Shown here: positions 25,846 to 38,185 of the stretch, piece by piece
Position numbering within the stretch: position 1 is the first letter of the stretch
Layout: each line of letters starts with the position of its first letter
The notes under the pieces: generated by a model
Databases searched by the model: none
The model's input: only the letters and a program-made list of their open reading frames with translations
What the model was told of the DNA's origin: nothing
Position numbers and translations under genes: made by a program
Assembly: GCF_006345805.1 (NCBI RefSeq)
Contig: NC_043003.1
Location: 56,296,001 to 56,360,000, forward strand
DNA from: Octopus sinensis
Taxonomy: Eukaryota
Length of the DNA: 64,000 nucleotides
Reading direction: 5' to 3'

Positions 25846-27132
25846 GTATACTTATACGTGAATCACACCACCAAAGTCTTTTTCTTTACCTTACGGTGAT
25901 ATTAGCTTTTAATAATCATTCTCCATCCGTTTCTGATCTGCTAAGTTCTCTTGTTCCCCAGGGGGAACGAATCCCTGGCATCTACCTGCAATACCCAAAT
26001 CTAGGAAATTCTTAATTGACCTCATCTCTGTTTCTTTGCGGATTCTATACAAAGGGCCTAGATTGCGCTAGTTACTGTTTTACATAGTGTGCGCATACAA
26101 TCCATTTCCTCTTCCTTCATATTTTTCTCTTACTGACTAGAAAGCAGGTGGACAATCGAAGACCCTCTTTACGGATTGCATATATTCAACATATACAGAG
26201 GCAATCATTTACGGAAGCCTACTTTAGCATCGTTTACGTAGGTCTGCACCTTCCTGCATGTAATATTCAGAGTGCCGCAAGATTCTGCATCATAAAGGAT
26301 GACCAATCAGATTGGATTTAAGCAATCCCATTTTGTAGACCTTTTCAGAATGTGCTCTCTGTATTCATGCACGCTCTATTACCGATTGTTTATCTCGAGA
26401 AAATCATTATATTACGTCGCAGTCGTTTAATTCCCTTTTCCTATCTGAAAGAGTATACCTCTAATTACAGATCTAAAGTATAGAATTTTATGTTTTTCTC
26501 AGATACAAATTAGTCAACGAGCTCCTGTCATGATCATCCTATTAATTTTTTTGTATCAGACACTACGTTTCCAAGTCTCGTTTGAGACTTCAGTGTGTAA
26601 TTTGGTTTTACGTAAGTTTGGTTGATATTTCGAATGCAACGTCTGGTCATGCTCTACATGACTGTAAAATACCATGAACAGTAAAGCACCAAACGAAGCA
26701 ATCTTCATTCTCAAAGTCCAATTCTCATTAATCCAACGATACAATAAATATTACTGTTTTATCCTGAAAGTCAGTGTGTTGCACAGGAATTTTATGGATA
26801 CTATCAAAATCAGCACTTTCAAGTGACCAACGAAATCACGAATAACATGACATATCTGTCGACGTTGCCGATAATAGCACCAAGACAACACCTAACTTGA
26901 AGGTAATACAACACTGCTGCCGACAACACCAACACGAACATCACTCACCACAACTACCCCAACACCAACGTAACTCTACTATGAATATCAGAACCACCAA
27001 ACACAATCATAACCACCACCACCACCACCACCACCACCACCATCATCAACGCAACCGCTTCTAAACCAACAACAGCACAGTCATCAATACCAACGCTGCA
27101 CCCAAGTCAACAGCACTATACATACATACATT

Positions 27133-27207
<75 letters not shown>

Positions 27208-29181
27208 GTATTTATCTATCGATCTGTCTATCTATCTATCTATGTCCATATATATATATATATGTATATATATATGTGTGTGTGTGTGTGTGTATGTATG
27301 TATAACCACAAAAGATAATGATAGCACTGATTACCCATTTACGTATATAGTACTATAAACATAAATAGAACACCAAAATTAGCATTAACGCTCCTTCGGC
27401 CCCCACCATCGCTATTACTACAATCACGAAAGCCATCTTAAACAGTGACGTTATATTTACCTCATCACAACCATATATATGTCATATAATATATAAGAGC
27501 ACTGTAAAAAAATGTTCTTTTATTACGAACATCATCTTCCTGGCGCCATCAACACTAAAATTAACGGAGTAATCATTGCGGTTAACATTGAAAAGTCAAC
27601 AAAACTACAACAGCCAATCAAAGAAAGTTTTAAAGTCTACCATCAAAAAATTCAACAAGCAATCATCTACGTACTTTATCGCACTGCTAGAAGTGGCAGA
27701 AAAAACCTCCCTCAAAACCAGTGACGGCTCGTAGATAAAATTAGTGGTGGTGTTGCTTCATAAAATTTTTAACCGTTTTAATAATGTGTAAAAGGTAACA
27801 AACATAAAAAAGAATATTTATACATAAACTTGATCGGCTTGGGTTTTAGCCACTGCGGGGTAGTTTGTTTAATTTGTTCATTGAACATCACCGCGAATTC
27901 CCCTTTGTTTCTTTTCAAAAATCACCCTAAATCATAAAATAAGGTGGTGCTGGTGGTGGTGCGGGAATATGTTCTATTTTTAAAATCCTGGCAGCAACAC
28001 TATAGCTGGAAGCAGGATAATAATCTAATTCTACACCTTATCACATTCAAGAATGTAAACATATTTTGAAGTACAACGCACGTGGAGTCAAATAGAAAAA
28101 CTACAATTCACCAGTACACCAGGGTCGGCACTACGTGAACGACAGTGCTCTCTCTCTCTCTTCCTAGCGTGTAGCTTCCTCTTTCGGACATGTGAGCATG
28201 CGCACAGCTGCCAAACACCGCACAGTTCCATACAAGGAATTTTGTACTTTTTTTAATAAACTAGGAGAAGGTTACTGATATTAAGCTTAAGGATAATATA
28301 ATGAACAAATATAAAGAAGGAATTAAAGACAAAACGACTCATTGTATTGAATGTTATCAATAATATCGAGTGGAAATAGGCAATTCCGCAGTTCGTATAC
28401 AGGATCCACCACTGCCCAAACCACACTCCCGCGTCTCAAAAGCACAAACAAAGAAGTCACTCTCTGGATACTGTTGTCCTGGGATCGTTGTATATAAGAA
28501 AATAATGTAGGAAGATGTTGGGGAGAGTACTTTTTCATTCAAGGTGTGTTCTATCAGCGCTGACGTGGGCGGCAAATGACAGCAACAAGAACAAAAAATT
28601 GCCACAATGAACCCCTGGCAGTAGACCAATATGCAAACCAGTATTTCTACGAAAATCAACGTTATCACCATCAGAACTATCCCATCCAACACCGTCAAAA
28701 AAACAAGTTAAAAGACACCAATAACAGCAACAACAAAAACCTGTCGGGATATAAATATACCGACATCACTGAGATCTGCAAAACTTTCGTTAAAAAATAA
28801 AATTAAAACTAAAAAAAAGTATTTTTCGTTAGAATGTATATAATTTTACAGTATTTCGAGGAACTTAATAAATTGAAATCAGTGGAGTGTAAAGTTGAAA
28901 TAAAAGTTGAAGAAATTAGAGAGATTAAATTAAGATTTTTACATTTACTCTGATATATTTATAACGATTAAATGAAAGGAAAATGCTAAAGCAAAATTAT
29001 AAAATAAAAGACAAAAAAAAAATTGAAATGAGCCGCCGCAATGAATATTCAACACAAAGACTGGAATTATATTATATTTCCTGCTTAAATCATCATACGA
29101 GATGTACGAGTGCAGTCTTGGATGTTATTCATGTATCTGTGTAAGTGCGGGCGTATTTGTGTGTATGTGTGTGTGTGTTTG

Positions 29182-29227
<46 letters not shown>

Positions 29228-29401
29228 AGCGTGTGCTTGTGTATTTGCGCCTGTGTTGACTATGTTTTGCAAATAAATGGAGGAACAGGTGTTCCATTGC
29301 ATACTGATTAGACTATACGCAATCTTGTACGCATATATATATATATATATACATACATACTTATATATATATATATATTATATATATATATATAATATAT
29401 A

Positions 29402-29448
<47 letters not shown>

Positions 29449-29529
29449 AATGTATATGTATATATGTATTATATATATAAATATGTATATATATGCATAT
29501 ATATGTATGTATGTATTATATATGTACTT

Positions 29530-29905
29530 AAGAATGGCTGTGTGGTAAGTAGCTTGCTTACCAACCACATGGATCTGGGTTCACGCACACTGCGTGGCAT
29601 CTTCAGCATGTGTTTTCCACGATAGCCTCTTGTGAGTGGATTTGTTAGACGGAAACTGAAAGAAGCTCGTCGTATATTTGTATATATATGAATGTATGTG
29701 TATATATGTTTGTTTGTCCAAGCAACATCGTTTTGCAACCGATGCTGGTGTGTTTACGTGCCCGTAACCTAGGGGTTCGGCAAAAGAAACCGATATAAGT
29801 ACTAGGCTTACAAAGAAGAAGTTCTGGTGTCGATTTGCTCCACTAAAGGCGGTGCTCCAGCATGGCCGCACTTAAATGATTGAAACAAGTAAAAGAGTAA
29901 AAGAG
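29530..29905 (+). mobile_element. SINE family A
   Basis: Head, core and tail present, inside microsatellite. Confidence 0.9.
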
Positions 29906-30628
29906 TATCTATATATGTATGTATATATATATATACACATATATATGTATATGTATATGTTTGTATACATATATGTATATAAATATATAACATATATATG
30001 CAAATATATATGTGTATATGCATGTATATATATAAGTGTGTGTGTGCATATATATATTATTTATATATACTCATACACACATACATACATATATATATAT
30101 ATATACCCTTGTATGTGGATATGCCTATATGTATGTGCATGCATGTGTGTGTGCGTTTGTGCATATTTGTACATTAGTTTGTGTGTATGTGTGCATGTGC
30201 GTGCGTGCGTGTGTGCCTTTGTGTGTGTTTGCGTGCATCATGATTGTGTGTGAGAGAAAATAGCAGTTGGAAGAAATACTCAGCAAAAATATTGTGTGAA
30301 AATAGGAGTTTGGAGAAAGGAAGAGAGAGAGAGTGATACGAAGAGAGAAAAGGAGATTGACAGAGATAGAGACAGACAGACAAAAACAGACAGACAGAGA
30401 TACAGAGAGAAGGACAGAGGCTGGGAGAAAGACAGAAGGGGAGTAAGAGAGAGAGAGAAAGAAAGAAATAGAGAGTGATAGAGTAAAAGAGAGAGATAGA
30501 GCAAATGATAGGAATGATTCAAAACGCCAATAGCGAGGTACACACTAATAACGCATTAACATAGCTGTACGCTCTTCTCTATGTATACGTATGTGTGCGT
30601 GGCATTATCGTTGTATTTGTGCGTGTGA

Positions 30629-30678
<50 letters not shown>

Positions 30679-30866
30679 TGTGTGTGTCTGTATACATACA
30701 TATACATATATATATATGCACAAGTATATACGTGTGTGCGTATGTGTTTGTGCGTGTATGTATGCATGAACGTACATATATATACATAATATTATAAATA
30801 ATATATATATATATGAATATATACATACGTATATTAACATACTTACATTTATACGTATATATATAT

Positions 30867-31244
30867 CAGGAGTGGCTGTGTGGTAAGTAGCTTGCTAACC
30901 AACCACATGGTTCCAGGTTCAGTCCCACTGCGTAGCATCTTGGGCAAGTGTCTTCTGCTATAGCCCCGGGCCGACCAATGCCTTGTGAGTGGATTTGGTA
31001 GACGGAAACTGAAAGAAGTCTGTCGTATATATGTTTGTGTGTGTGTGTTTGTTCCCCTAGCATTGCTTGACAACCGATGCTGGTGTGTTTACGTCCCCGT
31101 CACTTAGCGGTTCGGCAAAAGAGACCGATAGAATAAGTACTGGACTTACAAAAAGAATAAGTCCCGGGGTCGAGTTGCTCGACTAAAGGCGGTGCTCCAG
31201 CATGGGCCGCAGTCAAATGACTGAAACAAGTAAAAGAATAAAAA

Positions 31245-31247
<3 letters not shown>
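30867..31247 (+). mobile_element. SINE family A, full length; its 3' (TA)n hosts the PLE palindrome
   Basis: Very close to the other family A copies. Confidence 0.92.
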
Positions 31248-31278
<31 letters not shown>

Positions 31279-31322
31279 TGATCAAAATAAAAATAAAAAT
31301 AAAAACATGAGGCGAAGGATTC

Positions 31323-31402
31323 AGCGGTACATATGTTTCGGGCCTTTATTAGACAGATACATAACAAATCATAATGTATGTCTGTGGCCTTCTTCAGCCG
31401 CT
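31323..31402 (-). ncRNA. Type I hammerhead ribozyme; predicted cleavage after GUA (between 31328 and 31327)
   Basis: agcgg CTGAAGA aggcc-acagacatacat..atgtatctgt..-ggccc GAAAC ATAT GTA ccgct; 5-bp stem I, extended stem II, palindromic stem III ACATATGT. Confidence 0.85.
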
Positions 31403-33045
31403 CACAACAGCTTCCACAAGGACATGTGTTAGTTCCGAAATTCTTGGCTGGGGATGCAATCTTCTCGTTCCCGTACGACAAAATGCGGCAGCAGCATCGA
31501 ATTGAATCGTCCATCTCCTTCTTCTCTCAATGTAGAATGAGGAAACTTGGATGTTGAGGTAATGTAAATAAATAAATACGTATATAGAGGTGAAGATGGA
31601 GGGGCGAGAGTTCGGGGCGAGGGATAAAAAATATAAAATAATATAAAATAATGTATAAATGTAGATGAAAAGATATAAAGAGTTGTAAGGAGATGTAAAG
31701 GGGGTATAAAGGCATAATGTTGTAAAGTAAAAATAGAAATGGAAATAATAGTAAAAGAAGTAAAGGAACCTGATAAAAACATGATAAAAGTGTAAAAGAA
31801 TGTAGGGATAAGGGATGTATAGAGGTCGCGGACCCAGCATGGTGGTCAAGAGATTGATAAAACTTAGTTGTAGAACTGTCAGTAAATTAACGGTTTCGTC
31901 GTAAATCAGAGCTGATGAGAGTTTAATCTGGTTCCTTGAATTAAATGGACTTCCAGTACATACATATCATCATGGGTACATACACCCACATACACGCGTA
32001 CATATACGTCTCCAAGTCTATAAGCAAACACACGCACTCGCGTGTAAACATGTACATAAACCCACACGCACCCACACGCATGCGCGCACACACACATACA
32101 TACAACAGAATATCCGCATATATAGACGGACATTACGCGCGTATACGCTCACATGTACATACGTGCGCCCCTCACTACATACGTACACGTATATGCCCAC
32201 GTCTCTAGGTCTAGGTATAAGATATTAAAGGATGTGTATAAGAACGTATGTAAAGAATCCCGTACTCATGTTAATACGCGCACGCACACACGGCTGTGTG
32301 TCCGTATGTGCGTGCACATATATATACTCACATACGCACACAGAGACACACGCGCTCATGGGTATAGTCATAAGATATCGAAGTATGCATGTACACATAC
32401 GCGCGCGCACATGTATGTATGCGCATACACACGTACGCGGACGCTCGGATACTCAAAAGGCGGATCCATAGGTGAGTAAATAAGCATATATAGAGGTGTA
32501 AAGCGATAGATTAGGGGTAAGAATGAGGGTAAGGGTAAAGATTAGAAATAAAAAATACAGTATAAAATAAGAAATACAATGTAATAGTTAGAAATGAAAT
32601 ATAAGAATTATAAGGGTTATAAGAGTTAAGGTAAGGGATGAAAATGAAAATGAGAGTAAATGGCAGTAGAATAAACGTAAAAATAAAAGTAAAAATAAAA
32701 TTAAAAATAAAAATACATGGAAGTAGGATAAAAGTAAAAATAAAAATGAAAATAAAAATAAAAATAAAATAAAAATAAAAATAAAAATAAAATAAAATAA
32801 AATAAAAAAATATAAAAATAAAAAAATAAGGTAAAAATATAATTTTGTAAAGTTTAACATGAGATGGAGGTGGCCCACATATATATATATATGTGTATAT
32901 GTACACACACACACGTATGTGCACATAAACGCACACACACACACACACACACACATACACACGCGCATATAGGAAAACGGGATGTGCTGGAGCCGACAGG
33001 TTGCACCGGGTGGGAGGAAATAGCATGGGGGAGTTGGTATAAGAC

Positions 33046-33452
33046 CTAAGCATTGTAGTATTTGAAAGTATTAATAAGTTTATGTATACAGGATGGTTTG
33101 AACTCTGACCTTTTGTTAATAAGATGTTCAGGAGTTCTACACAGCATAGTTGGCATCCTGCTCTATTATTTAAATAAGGTGCAGCTGATCCGATGATGGA
33201 CCATCTGAGTTTGAAGCTTATGCATTTGTCTTTTAATTCCCAAATTCTTTTAGAGAGGGAGGTGCTGTTAGCCTTATGTCTATGTCTCATCGAGGACCGG
33301 TGGTTGTAGTATCTGGATTTCCAGGAGGTTGAGCAACCAATATAGGTGAGTGTGTTAAATTGAGTACTCACCTCACATGAGTATATTACGTTTTTTGCCC
33401 TGCATGCGCCCTGCAGCGGGCACTCTGATGCACATCTGCAGTTGCATTGCAT
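33046..33452 (-). pseudogene. GIY-YIG endonuclease domain of PLE; 25-bp deletion near the C-terminus shifts the frame
   Basis: MQCNCRCASECPLQGACRAKNVIYSCEVSTQFNTLTYIGCSTSWKSRYYNHRSSMRHRHKANSTSLSKRIWELKDK..RWSII..PY..GCQLCCVE; the rest of the 313-aa track ORF is out-of-frame low-complexity sequence. Confidence 0.88.
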
Positions 33453-33717
33453 TGCATTATTCGGTCGTGTGCTGCTAATCCTAGGCGGAGGTGTTGCAAT
33501 ACGAGTGGGGGCGTTGGTAACCTCCTGGTTGTTGATGGGTGTAGTATTCCTCTGTAGTGTCGGCGGGTGTTATTACTAACAGTTAGCAGTTAGTAATAAC
33601 ACCCGCCGACACTACAGAGGAAATACTACACCCATCAGCAACCAGGAGGTTACCAACGCCCCCACTCGTATTGCAACACCTCCGCCTAGGATTAGCAGCA
33701 CACGACCGAATAATGCA

Positions 33718-34117
33718 ATGCAATGCAACTGCAGATGTGCATCAGAGTGCCCGCTGCAGGGCGCATGCAGGGCAAAAAACGTAATATACTCATGTGAGGT
33801 GAGTACTCAATTTAACACACTCACCTATATTGGTTGCTCAACCTCCTGGAAATCCAGATACTACAACCACCGGTCCTCGATGAGACATAGACATTTGGGA
33901 ATTAAAAGACAAATGCATAAGCTTCAAACTCAGATGGTCCATCATCGGATCAGCTGCACCTTATTTAAATAATAGAGCAGGATGCCAACTATGCTGTGTA
34001 GAACTCCTGAACATCTTGAAATTCAAAGACAAACACAATCTTATTAACAAAAGGTCAGAGTTCAAACCATCCTGTATACATAAACTTATTAATACTTTCA
34101 AATACTACAATGCTTAG
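33718..34117 (+). pseudogene. GIY-YIG endonuclease domain of PLE; 32-bp internal deletion shifts the frame
   Basis: Same N-terminus as the left copy; retains the native C-terminus ELLNILKFKDKHNLINKRSEFKPSCIHKLINTFKYYNA*. Confidence 0.88.
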
Positions 34118-35750
34118 GTCTTATACCAACTCCCCCATGCTATTTCCTCCCACCCGGTGCAACCTGTCGGCTCCAGCACATCCCGTTTTCCTATATGCGC
34201 GTGTGTATGTGTGTGTGTGTGTGTGTGTGTGCGTTATGTGTGCACATACGTGTGTGTGTGTACATATACAAATATATATATATGTGGGCCACCTCCATCT
34301 CATGTTAAACTTTACAAAATTATATTTTTACCTTATTTTTTTATTTTTATATTTTTTATTTTTATTTTTATTTTATTTTTATTTTTATTATTTTATTTTA
34401 TTTTTTATTTTCATTTTTATTTTTACTTTTATCCTACTTCCATGTATTTTTATTTTTAATTTTATTTTTACTTTTATTTTTACGTTTATTCTACTGCCAT
34501 TTACTCTCATTTTCATTTTCATCCCTTACCTTAACTCTTATAACCCTTATAATTCTTATATTTCATTTCTAACTATTACATTGTATTTCTTATTTTATAC
34601 TGTATTTTTTATTTCTAATCTTTACCCTTACCTCATTCTTACCCCTAATCTATCGCTTTACACCTCTATATATGCTTATTTACTCACTATGGATCCGCCT
34701 TTTGAGTATCCGAGCGTCCGCGTACGTGTGTATGCGCATACATACATGTGCGCGCGCGTATGTGTACATGCATACTTCGATATCTTATGACTATACCATG
34801 AGCGCGTGTGTCTCTGTGTGCGTATGTGAGTATATATATGTGCACGCACATACGGACACACAGCAGTGTGTGCGTGCGCGTATTAACATGAGTACGGGAT
34901 TCTTTACATACGTTCTTATACACATCCTTTAATATCTTATACCTAGACCTAGAGACGTGGGCATATACGTGTACGTATGTAGTGAGGGGCGCACGTATGT
35001 ACATGTGAGCGGTATACGCGCGTAATGTCCGTCTATATATGCGGATATTCTGTTGTATGTATGTGTGTGTGCGCGCATGCGTGTGGGGCGTGTGGGTTTA
35101 TGTACATGTTTACACGCGAGTGCGTGTGTTTGCTTATAGACTTGGAGACGTATATGTACGCGGTATGTGGGTGTATGTACCCATGATGATATGTATGTAC
35201 TGGAAGTCCATTTAATTCAAGGAACCAGATTAAACTCTCATCAGCTTGATTTACGACGAAACCGTTAATTTACTGACAGTTCTACAACTAAGTTTTATCA
35301 ATCTCTTGACCACCATGCTGGGTCCGCGACCTCTATACATCCCTATCCCTACATTCTTTTACACTTTTATCATGTTTTTATCAGGTTCCTTTACTTCTTT
35401 TACTATTATTTCCATTTCTATTTTTACTTTACAACATTATGCCTTTATTACCCCCTTTACATCTCCTTACAACTCTTTATATCTTTATCATCTACATTTA
35501 TACATTATTTTATATTATTTTATATTTTTATCCCTCGCCCCGAACTCCGCCCCTCCATCTTCACCTCTATATACGTATTATTTATTTACATTACCTCAAC
35601 ATCCAAGTTTCCTCATTCTACATGAGAGAAGAAGGAGATGGACGATTCAATTCGATGCTGCTGCCGCATTTTGTCGTACGGGAACGAGAAGATTTGCATC
35701 CCCAGCCAAGAATTTCGGAACTAACACATGTCCTTGTGGAAGCTGTTGTG

Positions 35751-35832
35751 AGCGGCTGAAGAAGGCCACAGACATACATTATGATTTGTTATGTATCTGT
35801 CTAATAAAGGCCCGCGAAACATATGTACCGCT
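35751..35832 (+). ncRNA. Type I hammerhead ribozyme, second copy; extra GC before GAAAC
   Basis: agcgg CTGAAGA aggcc..aaggcccgc GAAAC ATAT GTA ccgct; predicted cleavage after A35827. Confidence 0.75.
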
Positions 35833-35976
35833 GAATCCTTCGCCTCATGTTTTTATTTTTATTTTTATTTTGATCAATTTACTCCACCACCTACACCACC
35901 AAACGGTATACACAGGTGCTTATAATTATCAAGTACTCACCCCGAATTTCTACACTCAACTCACCTATATATAATA

Positions 35977-36023
<47 letters not shown>

Positions 36024-36025
<2 letters not shown>

Positions 36026-36250
36026 GGCACAGGATGTCATGAAACCTGTATAACAAAAAAGTACGAAGCACGAGTATATGGAGCGTGAACTATTCTTTCG
36101 AACACGAACGGCAGAAATGGAAAACAAAACAAACAATATAAAGAACGACCCTTCAACAGTTGTTGGCTGTTTCTCTAGTCTCGTAATTCGAGCATTTAAC
36201 AACAATATATACTTTCGATAAAACAGTTGCTCCCGCAATGCAAATTCCCA
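36024..36250 (-). mobile_element. Probable further pLTR-like repeat abutting (TA)n
   Basis: Begins directly at the (TA)n end; composition like the other pLTR pieces; only a very degenerate GAAAC motif. Confidence 0.3.
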
Positions 36251-38152
36251 TATGTTCATGATTGCATCGCCTATAGAAAACAATAATTTCATTGATGTGT
36301 CTTGTGTGGTGCGTGTGCAGGCGTATATGAAGATAGTACAGTACTTATGATGTAAGTTTGATAACATTGGAAGTTAAATTGTTATCGAGTTCAAAATTCT
36401 CACGGCTGTCAACTACCCAAGGTAAACATATTTCAAACAATAATGATATATGCCTGTCGTATGTGATATATCCACAAAACCTTAGATAACATACAGTAAG
36501 TGGTTACATGTTCAGAAATCTATGACAGAAGAATTCAGTTCATATCCAAAATGCTCAGAGAGTTGGTTACACGCGTCTAATTGACATAAGTTGCATTCAA
36601 GAAGTTTCTACTTAGAACAATTGGGCTTTGTTCGCTTTACGTTTTGTAAATGAAACATCGTGTCAGTATGCGTATGTTAGTGTAGGAATTGTGCAAAAGT
36701 GGAAGTATGATGTTGATGCTTATTGGTTTGTGTGTGAAATAGTCAAGTGGGTAATGTGAAAGTGTGAATGGGAGAAAGTGTGAGCGCTTGTGTATATGCG
36801 AATAGATATAATTAGGAAGGCAATAAAAAGAATGGCAGTTTTGTTTATTTGTAAGTAAATGCATAAACAATATAAGTTGTGATGGAGATGTGACTTTTTC
36901 CTATTTGAAAAATTTGAGAAAAACGTCTGAGGAGCTTGAATTCCGAGGTAAGAATAAATGTCCGACAAACTGGTAAAAAGTTCGATAGATTGTTAACAAT
37001 TATTCCTTAAAAGTTCGAGATATTGGTAAAAAGCTGATCAGAGATGTTGACAAAGAAATGATACTGAAAAGTGTTATGTAATATAGAGCAATCCAAGAAG
37101 AAAATAAATGTATTTAAAAATTTGAAAAACTACACTTTGTACTCCTACCACAAGGGAAAAGAAAATGACTGATGAACGTAAGAGAAAACAAAAATTCTCT
37201 TTTTTCAATGAAGGTCGGGCGCAAGTAAAAGGAAGCAGAAGAACGTGTGCATTTGTGTATGTGTGTGAGTGTGTGTTAGTCTTAAGTAAGCATAAGCAGT
37301 CTGTGACTCCCGAAAGGTTTTGAATGGCATCCTTAAAAGAATTCTTTCATTCAGTATTATGGCCCGCATGATAATGAAACATGTCTCATGTAGTTTACGT
37401 TTCATGATAAAGGCTGCCAATAGCTTATAATTAATACTCTTCGACATAGAATCACAGATGAATCAGAAGGGAGACTGGAAGAGGGATAGAGGAACGCGTG
37501 ATTCAAAGTTGCACATCACACATAAGAAGAAGTACTTTCTGGAGAAATATGTGCGAGTAAGTGTGATTGGGTGTCTGTGTATGTGTGTTTGTTTTTGGAT
37601 TTAACGTAGACGTGTGTAGGTACGTGTAAGCCCATATATCAGTGTAAGTATATGAGAGTGTAGATGAGTCAAGAAGAAGATATAAAGTGAATAGAAATAT
37701 ATGTATGCTTGATTGTGTTGTGGATAGTAATCGTAGTTAGGTGTATGTAATGTATGTACGTGCAAGCTGTGTAGAAGGGAAGAGGGTTTATATGCAGCAG
37801 GAAGTAGATAAAAATGGCAGGTTAGAAAAAGTGAGATGTGAATTAAGATTAAAAGGCGTGTAAATTTTGAATAAATGCGCTATTTATCCCTCTGGAGGTG
37901 ACTGGGGCAGTTACTGTTTTAGACTCGAAGCCAAGAGACATCAGATATAATATCTGGAGCGAAAGTGTCACGATACAGGTGATGCATTAGTATGGTGAAA
38001 TATATCTGGAAATGGCGTGACCTAGGGGTCAGATTTTCTATATGTACACGAAATTCGAAGAAAAAAACCTAATGCAATTAGTGAAATGATGATATATACA
38101 AACAAGTCTGGTTCGCATACGAGAGAAGGGTTTCCTTCATAGACAGAATCAC

Positions 38153-38185
<33 letters not shown>

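Larger units (their letters stand above)
31274..33580 (-). mobile_element. Penelope-like element (Hydra-type GIY-YIG), 5'-truncated, left arm of palindrome
   Basis: Reverse complement of 33589-35881; linker, GIY-YIG, low-complexity 3' region, terminal hammerhead. Confidence 0.88.
33589..35881 (+). mobile_element. Penelope-like element, right arm of palindrome
   Basis: Begins gttagtaataacacccgccgacac (complement of the left-arm end) and ends ..tgatcaattta. Confidence 0.88.

Noticed and set aside
28357-28800. 113-aa hydrophobic ORF and overlapping ORFs
   Set aside because: No recognisable family or convincing splice context; the hydrophobicity comes from the complement of an A/C-rich tract.
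31885-31950. Second hammerhead suggested by CTGATGAG and GAAAC (mirror at ~35215-35280)
   Set aside because: CTGATGA and GAAAC lie on opposite strands, and no consistent stem I/II/III arrangement can be drawn.
32511-33045. C-terminal two thirds of the 313-aa ORF as a membrane protein fused to GIY-YIG
   Set aside because: It arises only from the 25-bp deletion frameshift into a T-rich low-complexity 3' region; the other arm shows the true stop.
36120-36230. Hammerhead in the pLTR-like repeat
   Set aside because: Only GAAAC and a possible stem remain; no recognisable CUGANGA or cleavage triplet.
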